Part shown: piece after piece, positions 50,074 to 64,000 of the stretch
Layout of the letters: every line of letters starts with the position of its first letter
Numbering within the stretch: position 1 is the first letter of the stretch
Assembly (NCBI RefSeq): GCF_964204645.1
Contig: NC_134036.1
Span: 5,920,600 to 5,984,599 of the forward strand
Reading direction: 5' to 3'
Source: Tubulanus polymorphus
Taxonomy: Eukaryota > Animalia > Nemertea
DNA: 64,000 nucleotides
Notes under the pieces: generated by a model
Database searches by the model: none
The model's input: the letters and a program-made list of their open reading frames with translations, nothing else
What the model was told of the DNA's origin: nothing
Made by a program: the position numbers and the translations under genes

Positions 50074-52569
50074 ATGTATTGATTTTATTCTAGAATGCAA
50101 ACTAATGCAAAAACCAATTCGTGCGTAGCTTATTGGTAATTTGTGGTAGCGAATTTGTGAAATAATCAGCACAAAAAACATACTCTGAAATAGTAATTCC
50201 TTAGTAATTCCATTGAAAAATCTCTGACATAACTTACTTGTATCCAATGATCTTCAATGTCCCTACAAATGTGAGAAAATTTCATGAACTACGTACACTT
50301 TTGCTATTGGTTATCATTAGTGCATCGAGACTGAATGGCAGAAAAATACAGGTAATAAAGAGTGATATCGATCATCGCAAAACTTAATAATTACACAAGA
50401 AGTGGCCAGGTTGCATTTTACACGAAGAAGTTTTCTTGGACCTTGCCTCGGCAGCCACCATAGCAGCATTGTACGATACTGAATCATTAAAAGATAACTG
50501 TTAAATGACCTTATTTCCTACGAATCATTGTACCTCGAAATGTTTACAGACAGACATCTTGTTCAGTTAAATATCAAAGGAAATAGAATGTAGCTGCAAA
50601 GCAGCGACAACGGGTTTGCCTTGCTGGTTTAAATGTCGCACTGGGAAGCGCACGAAGATTTCACCAAATAATTCTTATCAGTTTATAACATGCTTCAATT
50701 TTTAAGGAGTGCGGCACATATCCTGGATATGTGGATCCACTAGGGCTACCACGTAAAAATAAGTGCTGATGTACCTTGTTTGGTGCTTTCATAGTTCCGT
50801 TGGGAGTTGTATGAACTAATCGTACCCGACGTTTCGATCTCACCCTAGAGATCATCGTCATGTGTCAGATCTCTAGATATCTATACTAAAAAGCAGAACG
50901 GACGGTATTTACCGCGACGCATTGTCGGGAAATTAATGCCTGTATTGAAACGTCTTTTTACCGATGCTTTATACCAGTTTTTCCCGTCGTCGAGTTACAT
51001 GTTTGAAACAGATCGGTGGTCCCAGGGAGTCACAATATTCATTTTAGGCCCGGGCTGAAATTCGGTTAAAAAAGATGTGTTCACCATCTAATAGTGAAGT
51101 ATACCGTACTATACTTCTGTAGTGATATAGTAATGTACTGACCAGGATACATTACGCAGCATCAGAACAGTAAATGACACAGTTCTCTCATCACTGATTC
51201 GTGCCTCGGTTGTGAATTTCGGGTGTTTAAAACATTGGTTAAGACAATCATTCACGTAATCCTTGGATCAAAATTGATATGATTGGAATCAACGATATGT
51301 TCTGACCGTGTTGCCCGCCCATAAGCAGCGTCTCAGAATGGTTCTTAGAGGGGGACAGGTCCCATTGCGTAGTTTTTCAGAATGGTGCCATACCGCAGAC
51401 AGGTTACTGGCAAATAGGGAGGCCCAAACGCAGCCTCTCGGAATGGCTCTGGGGGCTGCGGATACGTGCGTTGGTGATAAATTTATAAAATAGCGTTAAA
51501 ATAGTACATACTGTTTTGGGGAGGGGTAACAAATAATGTACCGGTAGTAACTTTTTACGGAGAGGAGGGTCAAAGAAACATGTACGTACTTTTCTGACAG
51601 GCGCTCTCTTGCAAAATGTATGTATATACGTCAGATAAAAAAATAATGTCAAACAGTGATACAAAGTACAGAATCCTAATATCATCGTCGAGCGACAACC
51701 TAGGCATTTTTCAATTAATGGCAGTCCCACAAGTTAAGCATTATTTCATGCAATTCGTTGGTTGATTGGAGGGGCATTTTATATGAACGCACGGGTGGCG
51801 TGGTCAATATAGTAAGTGCTCGAACAAGAAAGAGGTGGCCTAAAAACCGCTGGGGCCGAGAATTTACGGTTAATTATTTGAACAAATGGATTGTACCACA
51901 GACAGGTCAGACGGGGTAGGGCAGGTGTTGGGTTGGTGTCAAGAACTTTGAAAATTTGAAGCATTTAGATTCATTTCCCGGCCAATTAAAATGAATGTAT
52001 TTCATAAGCAAAATGCAGGATTTATGCGCAGAGGTGGTGGGCTCACGACCAATACAACCGAATTACGATATCATTATTTAAACTGTATGATGTCATAGGG
52101 GATTCCGAGGGCGGCCATCTGTTATGGATGATTCCTAGTATATGGAGCAAAACGCGCCATTCTCAGAAGAACAACAACAATGGCTTTATTGTCAATGATC
52201 ATTCATTGCTGGTATGTATACTTTCTCTTATGATGTTCGCCTAGAAGGTTCCATGCGCATAAATCTTTTGAAATTTCAGCATATTTTTGTAGCTTCCAAG
52301 TGTGCGCTCTAAAATCCTTTCGAACGGCGCCATACATTCATCTAATGGTCTACTACGAGTGGAAACGCATTAACAGCTTCTAGTTAGTAGTCTTCTTATT
52401 TATTCGTTTGAAATACGATTCGAACAAAGCGCATCCATTATCGCTGGGGGAGACAGCTGCTGTTCTCCAGGAATGCCGATCGCGCGGATAAGAAATTGAA
52501 GCAACGATTACCGAGATCTATAGATCTACCTCATTAAAAAGACCGGGTCATTTTGAAGCTCTCGTTTTA

Positions 52570-53709
52570 TCAATCATAGTTTCTTTTGTTAATGGAAAAC
52601 ATCGCTTTCAGTTGATTCCGAAAGCGACGCCTCGAAGCGCAATTAATTACGAAATTACTTGACGCGACGATCATTCTGACTATATTTTGAATTTGGTTTA
52701 ATATTCTTGAAAATGAGCCTTTACCAATTTCACCATTGAGGGTAAGAATTAGATTTTGGATCGATGCTCTGAGAGCAAAAGCTTTTTTCGCTAACAATAA
52801 ACAAGAAATGAGAATTAACGTCAGAGTTAAACTACGGTCACTGCTGCTGCTGCTGCTGCTGCTGCTGTAAGAAGTTTGATTATTTGTAGACATGGTTTTT
52901 CTCGCTGCTCCTGCGCGTCTTAACGTGAAAATCAATCGGAATGTTATGAGAACCACTATCACTGTCGGGATTAAAGTAAATAAAGGAGCGCTGACAAAAA
53001 CCTCGTAATATCTGAAATAAATGTTTTTAGCAAATGGAGTCAATTTCTGAGTCCATCTCTCGTGTCCAGTGCACGCGTTACGGGTATAATTAGTAGCTCT
53101 ATATTTGAAATGATTTTTAGACTGATCACTATTTGAAATAACCACAACAAAAATGATGAAGACATAACTTTTCTTCATGCTTATAATTCTAACAGCTTTC
53201 AGAGGCAAACAAACAACGATATATCTGTCTATAGCTATTAACAATGTTATCAGATCACTGATACCAGAAAACAAATGTCGAACGTTTTGAGTGTATGAAT
53301 ACATGCGCTTCATAACGTGGTTTATTTCAACAGTCATATCGAGTAAGAGTGTGTGACGGTAGAGCCGATACTGAAACTCAAATACAACAAATGACAAACA
53401 AAGCAACATGTCCGTTACGGCCAAACACCTCAAATAAAATATGCTGGTGTTGTTTGAACGTTCTTTGCCAAGAACAATAAGAGACAGTAAATTTGTGCCG
53501 AAACCGAAGATGGCAATTGTGAAAATAACGTAGGTCGTGATCTGTAAATACAGATTTACGTGAAACGGTTTGTAATCGGCGTGATGGATGTATTTACACC
53601 GCGGATGAGGTTTAAACCCACCCGCCGTCTCCGTGGTGATTGTTGTCATGTTTGATCCGTTGAGGACGAGGAACAGAGCGCCAACCGATACATTTTCTTT
53701 GACCATCAT
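52570..53709 (-). CDS. Intronless class A GPCR, family A
   Basis: Intact ORF with ATG MMVKENV at 53709. The TM7 Tyr is replaced (NFVINC). Confidence 0.88.
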   Translation of the reverse strand: MMVKENVSVGALFLVLNGSNMTTITTETAGGFKPHPRCKYIHHADYKPFHVNLYLQITTYVIFTIAIFGFGTNLLSLIVLGKERSNNTSIFYLRCLAVTDMLLCLSFVVFEFQYRLYRHTLLLDMTVEINHVMKRMYSYTQNVRHLFSGISDLITLLIAIDRYIVVCLPLKAVRIISMKKSYVFIIFVVVISNSDQSKNHFKYRATNYTRNACTGHERWTQKLTPFAKNIYFRYYEVFVSAPLFTLIPTVIVVLITFRLIFTLRRAGAARKTMSTNNQTSYSSSSSSSSSDRSLTLTLILISCLLLAKKAFALRASIQNLILTLNGEIGKGSFSRILNQIQNIVRMIVASSNFVINCASRRRFRNQLKAMFSINKRNYD

Positions 53710-55410
53710 TTCAGTCTGCGCACAGCGCACAGTCACCGGTTGTTAATAGAGAAACAATCGGTTCAAACTTCCATGTATATCTTATTCTACCAAGAACCTG
53801 CAGTAGCCCAGTTACTAATAATTGCGTTGAAGCCGAGGGGCTGGGAGTTGATGAAATAATGCAGTTCTTGAGTTGACGCCCGACACCGAAGATAAAAAAC
53901 CTGCAATTTCAATGCAGCAAACTTCTACCCAACCATTACATTCGAAAAGATGGAGATAGCTAGATCCAAATTGCCGAGAGTGCAGAAAAACCTATGCGCA
54001 TATAACTTACTGTTGAATCATGTAAGATATGTGCACAAAATAGATTTCAACAACCGATTGCTTCTTCGTATGTTTTCTGCCCCCACCCGGTTTGAATTTT
54101 AGGTGTCCCAACTAAACCGAGTTAGATACTAAATGTTCTCTTGCTTTCTTATCTAACTAAGAGACAGAGGCTAACGTATTTTTCAAACTAATACTCAGTA
54201 TTTTGACATCAACTCGGGATAGAATTAAACCCGACTCAGAGTGTATTGTATTTCAAAAACTCGACATCACCTCGGGGGTAGAATTCTGCCTCATATTTAC
54301 CACAGTAAAATACTGTATTTAAAAATTAAACGGGAACTGCAGTGACAAAACTATAATTTGCCATTCATTCCTACTCTGGTTGTACGACACGATTATCTTT
54401 ATCTTTAACTTTACTGAATCTGGAGTCTGATCGTATTCTATGTGCTAGCATTTTTATTGTTAAACCCTGGGAAAACTTAAGAATAACAATAAAAAAGTTA
54501 ATGATTTAAAAGAATTAGAGGATTAAAACAGCATCTTTTAATTTAATTTGTTCTATATATTTTGACTATAAAAATGAGTGAAAATAAGGTATTAGAAATA
54601 TTACATCTAATATATTAAAATCAACAGAATATTAAATCAATTATTATGATTTCAGGTTTATTTTCATTCTCAGTTTATACTATAAAACAGTTGTTAGAAT
54701 TCTATGATTGTTGTAAAATTAGATATACTGAATTGAAAGAAAATATAAATTATATTTCAGATAGATTGAATAATATTAAATGCTGTGAAATATGCAATAA
54801 AAGATATAAAAATAAAAAATCATACGTATTAAATACGCATTTAATACATTGATACGTATTTAATACGTATTCAATACATCGATACCTCAACCCTCCTTTT
54901 TTAACACAAATATAATTTACTCATTTTCATACATTTCAACTAATATATTTTATATTTTCAGCTAATTTAACAGTCGATTTCTTATTTTGATTCATATAAT
55001 TTTTCATCAAGTTCATGAATATACATATGATTCCTTAATGATTTTTTATTTTTGATTTAATAATTTATAATTGATTTAATATTCTGTTGATTTTAATATA
55101 TTAGATGTTATTCTTTCTGTGATTGTTTCCATTTAACTTCTTTAATTTCTTGCTCAATTTTATATTTTCATTAATCAAATCCTTACTGATATTTTCCTAA
55201 TAAAAGAAAAGCGCAGCCAATATTAATCCTCCTGCTACAAGATAATGTTTCAAATCACTTTTCCCAGTTGGAATGAAACCATCCATTTATTTAAGAAAGA
55301 AATTAGAAAATTAATAAATATTTGCTAGTTTTTAATTAAATATTTTATAATCATTTTTAGAATATTAAACTTTTAAATGATTAAATCAAATAACAATTAA
55401 ATTTACAGCC

Positions 55411-55564
55411 AAACAATTTAACATTTCAACAGTCGAACAATTTAACATTTTAACAGTCAAACAATTTAACATTTCAACTGTCAAACAATTTATCATTTCA
55501 ACTGTCAAACAATTTATCATTTCAACTGTCAAACAATATATTATTTCAACTGTCAAACAATTTA
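55411..55564. repeat. 24-bp minisatellite, ~6.4 units
   Basis: Unit aaacaatttaacatttcaac(a/t)gtc. Confidence 0.9.
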
Positions 55565-55583
55565 TCTGAAAATAAGAATTTAA

Positions 55584-55744
<161 letters not shown>

Positions 55745-55779
55745 CATATATATTTTATTCATGTATCTGATTATTTTAA

Positions 55780-56050
55780 GAGTAATAGGGATAATGGGCT
55801 TTCATATCAAAGGTTGAAAGGGCGAGTGAGTAAAAAATGAAAAATATGAAAATAATAATAATTTCTATTTGAATTAGGAGTGAAATTCATATAAAATGAA
55901 AAATAAATTCGAGTGTGCGAGAATTATTTTTCATTTTACATGAGTTTCGCTACTAATTCAAATATAAATTGTTATTATTTTCATGTTTTTCATTTTTTAC
56001 AAGCTCGACCTTTCGACCTTTGGTATGAAAGCCCATTATCCCTATTACTC
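55780..56050. mobile_element. Fold-back MITE
   Basis: gagtaatagggataatgggctttcata... / ...tatgaaagcccattatccctattactc; self-complementary over nearly its whole length. Confidence 0.8.
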
Positions 56051-57507
56051 ATGACTTTTGCTATATCGAATGGTTTTATTGTATCGTTAAACGTATTTCA
56101 AATATAGACAATTTCCCGAATCCACAATATAATACGCCGTACAATACAGTTCGCATCTCTTTGCCTTCGAGGACGCCACGACAAACGGAATTTTGAACAA
56201 ATTCTTTTCCACAACTGAAAAATAGAGACACCTGAAAGCGAAATATATCGCGCGTGAGTCAGGTGAATTATATAGATGCCATTGTCCGATAGCATTCATG
56301 ATTTTAAAAATATGTCTTAATCAAATAGTCTTATCGCGCTCGACAGGGGATATTCTACTGTATGGTGTAAAAAGGTTCGATACTTTGTTTAGGGTTCGGT
56401 ATTTAAGCCTTGATTCCTCGAGGCGAATAGTAAATATTTTCAAGGCACACCGACCGGCACGTTTGCGTCGATTTTAACCTCGGTAACCCCCTAAATTTTG
56501 CAGTGGTAATTGTAGTTCTGACTGTGTCGTGTTAATTCATATTCTGATTTTTTACTGTATTACATATCAAATGGTTTTAGAGTTTGTTAATCGAAGGTTA
56601 TCTCTAATTTTCAAATTCTCCATTTTCTATAATGTGGTTTTGCCAATACTAAAATCAGCTAAAACCGCGTCCGACAATATTTACTGATATTTACTTGACG
56701 ATGCAATACCACTTTTTACACGCAGCCTGGCCCATACCTCAGATATCAGATAAGCCGAAGGGTATTTATAAAAAGTCTCACGAAAGATGTTACCTATTTG
56801 CTAGGGAGATCTAATAAGTGGTCAACTTCTAAAATGTTCTATAGAAGCTTCTAACAATGTTCATCTTCGAAATGACCCCATTACAACGGAAGACACCTAT
56901 TACGGTATAATTATTTAACTTGTATGATATCATAGGGTGATTCCGAAGGCCGCCATCTTTTATGGAGGATTCTTGGTATAAGGAGCAAATCGCACTATTA
57001 TCGGAAGAACAACAAAAATGGCTTTATTGGCAATGACTATTCATTGCTGGTATGTATACTTTCTCTGATAATGTTCGTTTAGAAGGTTGCATGCGCCAAA
57101 ATCTGTTGAAAGTTCAGCTTATTTTTTTCAAAGAGTAGCTTTCAAGTGTGCGCTCTAAAATCCTCCCGAATGTGGCCATTCATTTATCTAATGGTCTACT
57201 ACGAGTGGAAACGCATTAACAGCTTCTAGTTAGCAGTCTTCTTATTTATTCGTTTGAAATACGATTCGAACAAAGCGCATCCATTATCACTGAGGCGACA
57301 GCCGCTGCTCTACAGGAATGCCGATCGCGCGGATAAGAAATTGAAGCGACGATTACTAAGATCTGCCGGAATAACGGTGTGTCGCGTCGACATCAGCGGG
57401 TTTCGTGTAACCAGTCTAACGACCTAGCGACCGCTGGGGACCAGAGTGAGCCGTGACGAAATAGACGTAGCGAGCCAACGAGTGACAAGGCTCTTATTTT
57501 CGGCGGG

Positions 57508-58482
57508 ATGAGTCTGAACCGTACCTCACGAATGTTCCTCACTCGCACGTGGCAGAACGGCGTTTGGTACGCGTTCAATATCTACATCTATTTCTGGATG
57601 GTGACCGGTGTCGCCGGAAGCGCGCTGTCCGTAATCGTGCTGTTCCGCGTGCGTCGCGCTATAGACGCGTGCAGCTTTCAGTATCTGGTTCCGCTGGCTT
57701 TTTCCGATTCGATTTTCGTCGTGACTTTCTCGATGAAATCGCTGGAACGGATTCATATTGTGGCCGGTAATGTGCAAGGTAAATACATGTTCTTCGCGAT
57801 TAGCGATGTGTCCTGTAAGCTTGGTATGGTGCTCATCAATTTCGGTATAAAAACCTCCTCCTGGGTGCTGCTATGTTTCGCCATCGAGCGCAGTGTAGCC
57901 GTGTTGGCTCCGTTACAAGTCGGGAGGCTGGTGACCCGGGCTCGACGCCGGTATTTGGTGTTGTCGATATCCGTCTATTTCACCATTACCGAGGGTGCGA
58001 TGAGCGGCCAGTTTTACGTGAAAACCTTGCACGGTCACGACGACAGTATAACACGGAATTGTCAGACATACATGCTCGCAAGCATTTTGACAAAAGTCAA
58101 GATCGTATATTCGATCGCGGTAACCATAATAATCCCGTTAAGCGGTTTTGCCGTATCCACCGCGCTGATCGCTAGTCAGTTTTCCAGACGAGACGCCCGC
58201 TTCAAAAATACCTACACCTCCGAACAGGAACGCAGATGCGTGCGCAATCTGATTTGCATAGTCGTGGCGTATTTCCTGTTTAACATGCCGAATACGGCGT
58301 TCATGATCCTGCAAGCTACGTCGAGCGTGTTGTCGCGATTACCAGTGCATATGCTGCATTTTTCTTCATTGTTAAGCGGCGTCCTGATGATCACGAATAG
58401 CGGCGTGAACTTTTTCATTTACGTCGTCAATTTGAAATTGTTCCGCGACGAATTGACGCGTCTGATGTTCGGGATTCGTTAA
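57508..58482 (+). CDS. Intronless class A GPCR, family C (intact)
   Basis: 324 aa. Motifs LAFSD, SCK..SSW...FAIERSVAV..P, FNMP, NSGVNFFIY. Confidence 0.9.
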   Translation: MSLNRTSRMFLTRTWQNGVWYAFNIYIYFWMVTGVAGSALSVIVLFRVRRAIDACSFQYLVPLAFSDSIFVVTFSMKSLERIHIVAGNVQGKYMFFAISDVSCKLGMVLINFGIKTSSWVLLCFAIERSVAVLAPLQVGRLVTRARRRYLVLSISVYFTITEGAMSGQFYVKTLHGHDDSITRNCQTYMLASILTKVKIVYSIAVTIIIPLSGFAVSTALIASQFSRRDARFKNTYTSEQERRCVRNLICIVVAYFLFNMPNTAFMILQATSSVLSRLPVHMLHFSSLLSGVLMITNSGVNFFIYVVNLKLFRDELTRLMFGIR

Positions 58483-59881
58483 CCAATAGCGCAGTTGATG
58501 ATTTGATCTGAATCAAAATGTTGTTTATGTAAGAAGTTAGTCTAACAGCTCGGTCAAATGGTATTTTGTTTCTAAAAGCTGCAACTGTACCGTCGTCATG
58601 TTCGTCCGGGTTACTCGTAATTGGAACTGGTATCAAAGTGAATTGTCCGTTTTCCAGTAAAACCAAACGACATTCAAAGATAGAAATTATAACAAACGCA
58701 CAAACAAACAAAAAATTAAACAAAAAACACAGTCATCTGTTATATAAAATAGTTTTATGTATTTGAAATTGTTGAAATTGTTTCAAATATAGATGACGTA
58801 TAGTTATTATATATGATTTCCTTATTCCTTATTACTTACAATACGCGCCGTACGCAATCCGAACCATATGATACTAAAGACGCCCTGTTTAAAAAGTTTC
58901 GAATATATTCCCTTCAACGACAACTACAAAAATAAAAAATATAGCCGCCAAGCAGCGTAAACGGGTTTTGTGACCTAACGGGAAAATAGGAATTGAAAAC
59001 CTCATTGCCGAGGATTCGAAACAGAGATTGGGAACATGAAACAGGCGCGACTTTTGGTGCTAAGAATGCCCCGGTCAAAATGTTTCGAATATATTCACTT
59101 CAACGAGAGAAATATAAAAAAATAAGGCGAAACGTTATTTTTTTCAATTGAATCATTTTATCTTATATCCTATTTAGATTGCTCGTGAAACGTGTCCATT
59201 TGATATTTAATTGAATCACATTTCATCTTATATCCGAATTTATTCCCTACGAGAGGGCAGCAGCTTGCCACTTATCACATAGTTTCGTATTTGATATGAA
59301 TATAGTTTTTTTCTAAGAATCGAGTTGAAGAGTTGTCTAAGCACATAGTTACTAAATAAAAGACATTTGAATCGTATACGATGGCCCTTTCTTACTTATT
59401 GCCAATACATTCAACATTTCGTTTAGATTTTCGAAAAGAATCTGCAGTATATCGATAATCACTAAAACCTAAACCTAAATATACGAAAGCTTTAGCAGAA
59501 AGTAAATCAGATATCTCAATGGAAACTCGCGTGGTCATATTTCAATATATCCGGGTGGCAGAAATCGAGTTCGAAGTTGATCGCAAAATCAACAGCTTAT
59601 CTCCACAATACCGCCATCGCAAGGGCGATTTTGACCCAGGCTAAATTGTTCCCGTTTTACATCGAGTCCTTTTTGAGTGTTTACTTGTTTTGGATTTGAC
59701 ACGCCTCGCTTGCCACAGCATCGTTTTAGCAGCAGCTTTGTATCGAATGAGTCGTTTACCATGGGCCAAATTTGGCTCGGATCTGATTCGCCGCGCCAAT
59801 TTGGCCCGGGGCAAATCGACTCCGTGCGATCGCGGCTAACGCTCGTCTAGCGGGATAGCCCGAATTATGAATGACGCCGTC

Positions 59882-62800
59882 CTAAACCGCGGCTATGGTC
59901 GTTCTCGTGTCTCTCGTCAACATGGGCGGCTTTGTCGACGGTCGACGCGTCAGTCGGTTCTTTTTGTCGGCGATGAAATCTTTCTCGACGTCGAGCAGCT
60001 CCTCGACAAGGTCGCGTCGGCCGGTGCGGCTCAGGCACTTGCGCAAAATCGATACCTGTCGAGAAGAAAATCAATTCAAAGAAGTTAATATTTCATTTTT
60101 AGATGATTTTTTAAGAAATACGGTTGACTGGTTAATTCTACCCAGAGTTGATGTTCGAATACTTAGTAATTTGATGCTAAATACTGAATTAGAGTTAGTA
60201 GAATTTGTTGCTTACTAACGGTACAGTTTTACCACGAGATAGTAGTGTCAAATACTAAGTAAGAGTTTGTGAAATACAGTAGACTCCGTCTCTTACTGCG
60301 GTACAGTTGAGACTGGTAAAATTCTACCCCGAGTTGATTTAAAATACAGAGTAAGAGTTTGTGAAATATAGAAGACTCAATATTTGATTTTATTTCGTTG
60401 ATGTTTTTGCTATGCGACCTGCGTTGCGACCTACCTTGTTAGCGCCTCGTGGTAATCGTTTCATCCACGTTGTCAACATCTCGTATTTGGCCTCTTCGTC
60501 GGATCGTCTTTGCCCGGTGTTCTTGTTAATGTTACCTGCAAATTCCGACGGATGAAAGGGTTAATCACAAGTATCTATTCAGCGGTCTATTCATCTCCTT
60601 TTTAAGCATATTTCGATACTTTATCGTCTTGATCCTGCCGATTTGCAATCAAAAACACTTCATACATGTTTTGAATTTGCATTTAAACTGAACTACAAAC
60701 ATCAGGTATGGGACATATTGTTAGTAACTTTTCAAAAACTGATCGTCCATACTGCATGTCCAGTACTTCGGCGGAAGCATTTTTCAATCCCAAACACTTC
60801 GTCCGTGTTTAAGACAGAATTGAACTGACAATCGGCCTAAAACACTAAGTATTGGACATTTCATCTGCAACGTGTCAAAAACCGATCTTCCACGCGTCTC
60901 ACGATTCCAGGACTTCACCCGAGATATCATTAACTGAAATTGAACTACACCAGATGTAAGGCATCTCATCGGCGCACTTACGAGGACTGATCTTTCAGAT
61001 TTCTGCCGAGTTCAGGACTTCACATGGGACAATCAAAACGACCACAAAACTCTGTAATGTCCAATGTCCACGGCCCAGTTTCACAAAAAGGTTTTCTCTT
61101 AAATTTAATTTCTTCATTAATTCAGTTCATAACTTAAATCGGTTTAGGCCTTAATCCTTTTTGTGAAACCGGGTTCTGGACATTAGACATAACACTATTG
61201 ATCAACTACTTACAAATGATTGCCTGTACGCGGACCCGTCGCAGTCCGAGGTAATGAGCCAGTTTCTTCCATTCGTCTCCTAGTTCTTCCGCCAGGTGGT
61301 GCAAATACTCGTCGTCGACGGGGTCTTTGATATTGGACAGAAGCACGACGGGCGCTTTCACTATAGGATGTACCGGTTCAATATGATCCTGAAAAATGAA
61401 AAAAAAAGATCTTATTTATGAACTTCATTTTCAGATAACTCTTTCTTTTATTACAAAATTATCACGATGAATACCGATTAGATAAATGACGGGGCGATTG
61501 GATACTAGAATTGATAACACCATTACACGAATAGCTAATTTGGAGGCTGTGTTTGGGCTCAGTTATCAGCAGCTGAGCTAAAGTTACACCAAGAACCTTA
61601 GTGTCCGATGTGCCACTGGGTGGTTGGTAACACTAGGATCGTAAAGCAACGGAGATCACTGTGGAGACGATAATAATGATAATAATAATTGACATTTATA
61701 TAGCGCAGGTATCCGAACTAGAGTCTGTTCAAATGCGCTCCAAACTTGGTATTATTGTCCCCAGCCTATAACTCTATTCCATGAGACAACCACTGCCAGG
61801 GCTGGGTGAAAGCTGGTGTTCATGACTCCGTGGTTTCTATTTTCAGGCTTAGCGCGGATGCCTACGTCACACGTCATAAGAATAGTTTTTGTTGCATTAC
61901 CAAGGAGAAAATATGGATGGAAATTACTCAAAATAACCGCGACGAAAGAAAGACAAAAACATGAAAACCGTAAGTCTATATATCTCTAGCTTGTTTCTAA
62001 ATCCCCATTGTTATTTCAATGCGTTCAGTTCGGCTGGTGATATACGATAGATCCCGTTTGTTTTTAGATCCCCGCTATCATGTTAATTTCATAGGTTTGG
62101 CTAGTGATATTCGAAAGTTCATAGTTTGTTGCTGCATCCCCTTTTTGCGATATAAGTGAAAAATGATTTTCATATGCCAGTTTCTATATCCCCATTATCA
62201 ACGCTTTAGGAGGTTTCGACGAGTGATTTACATATCATGACAAGTGTTAGCAGTTTCAATATCCCCATTTTTATGTTAATGCTATACGTTTAGCGAGTGA
62301 TTTACATATCAGCAGATTCTCATTATTCCATTCTGTAAAAAAGGCAGATTTTGCTGACCTTCGGTATATTGACCATCAACTGGCACAACAGATCGTGCCT
62401 AACTTCGGTGACGTACTTCGGCCCGTCGTCCTGTTCTTCGCCGTCAGATGGTGCCACCTGGTCCGCCGTCTGGTCGTCCTCGGTCGTCGCTTGTTGTTCG
62501 GTTTCGTCGGCGGGTTGCACTTTCTTCTCAGCTAGCGACATCTGTTGGGAGAATTATCTAACAAGAATTACGAGGGAAATCAGAACGGTTAGTCCGTTTA
62601 TCTAATCGAAAGGTTCTCGCCACCGAAGTCCCCCCCCCCCCCGATGACATCATCGTGATGCCTTTTCTTTATTGTAACTTCTGAAAAGTCTCTAAACCAA
62701 TCCGTATGAGATTGAATGACTTTACATCCCCTAATGACGTCATTGATATGGCTATTATTGATTGCTTATAATTTCGGTTGGTCCAATTGAAAATCGGCCT

Positions 62801-63667
62801 TTTGATGGAGTCTTTATGGGATTTAGATGGTAGTTATCATTTATTTGATCCTAGAGACTCTTCAATAGAACATGGCTTACAAGATCAAATGGCTAGATAT
62901 GAATATTTTGTTGACGTCATAAGGTGAATATCATAATATGTTATTTCGTGTTAAGCTCGTGAAACTAACCCTTTTCTTAGCAGCGGCTTTCATCGCCACT
63001 GTTTCCGGCTCAGGCGTGACGACCTTCACCTCTTCGGTGCGTTTGTACATCTGTATCATGCCGCGGAAGACGGGGTACTGGCGCTGCAGGTACTGACTGG
63101 CTTCCGTCGCCCAGAAACCGACCCCGGATCGCAGTTGGGAATTGAAGGCGAACAGTAGCGGCGAGTCGTCTTCGTTCTTCACGTTGCCTTTGAACATCAC
63201 TTCGACCACGTCGCCTATAGCGGATGAAAATGTCAGCCTAATTAATGTGTATATGAATTAGCGACGTTTGCATTTCCCCTGCCAGAGCAAGATCTGTTAT
63301 TCGTACAACCTTTCTTCGGCATGGTTCAACCGATTTTTTCTCGACGCATTATTTCACAAGCGTCTGTCCTTAACGTGATACACTCTCAATTCAAAATAGA
63401 TCACGCAGACCAGACATTTTATCAGAACATTTTCAAAACGGGATCATAAGGACTTCAGGCGCTACTTTGGTAATCAATGCCTGTACAGCTGGGTTCCTTG
63501 TTGAATGATGAATGACGCATGTATAAGTCTACCTACCCTCGTGCAGTTGGATGTCCGGCCCGACGTCCGGTCCGTCGTCGAAGCCCTCCTCTTCTAAACG
63601 TTCTAGGGTTTTGTCCAGTTTCGGTAACGTGGCGCATTCGACGGCCACGCTATTCGGTTCATCCCCT
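59882..63667 (-). CDS. DTHD1: 3' exons of a further DTHD1-like copy (continues past the window end)
   Basis: Exons near-identical to those at 23967-27667, including the death domain. Confidence 0.7.
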
Positions 63668-64000
63668 CTGAAATCGAATCGAAACATTCGATATAATCCA
63701 AGATGAATATTATTCGGTTTATGTATCTTGACACTAACCGAACGTCCAGGGACATCGATAACACCCGCCGGGCTAATTTCCATTATAATAGTAATGAGAC
63801 TGAATCGTAAATGGCTGGACTGCGTAAAATGCGTTTTTTTGTGACAATTTACAGTCAGGGTTTATCGAGGTTAAAATCGACGCTTAACAGTCGGTTTACG
63901 TGCCTCAGAAATCGTTACCATATCGCCTTAGATCAAAAGGCTCAGGCACGGAACCTATAGAGTAGCCTTGAACCTTTTTGAACCTTATGGCAAAAAATGT

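Overview
AT-rich eukaryotic (invertebrate-type, spliceosomal introns) DNA showing about 1.75 periods of a ~36-38 kb tandem segmental duplication. The window holds: (i) a family of intronless minus-strand class A (rhodopsin-like, peptide/chemoreceptor-type) GPCRs, with 7 intact copies, 1 frameshifted copy possibly rescued by an alternative ATG, 2 pseudogenes and several shards; (ii) two more intronless plus-strand GPCR types, each in two copies, one with a premature stop; (iii) a multi-exon minus-strand ZU5/death-domain gene (DTHD1-like); (iv) mobile DNA, including a copy-specific 5'-truncated LINE, MITEs and a Penelope-like palindrome with hammerhead-ribozyme cores. A phase-compatible upstream coiled-coil exon suggests that part of the GPCR cluster sits inside an ~11.3 kb intron of the DTHD1-like gene and that at least three such units are arrayed in tandem. 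The receptor content differs from unit to unit through deletions, chimeras and an inversion. All alignments were done by eye, and an assembly or haplotype artefact cannot be fully excluded.
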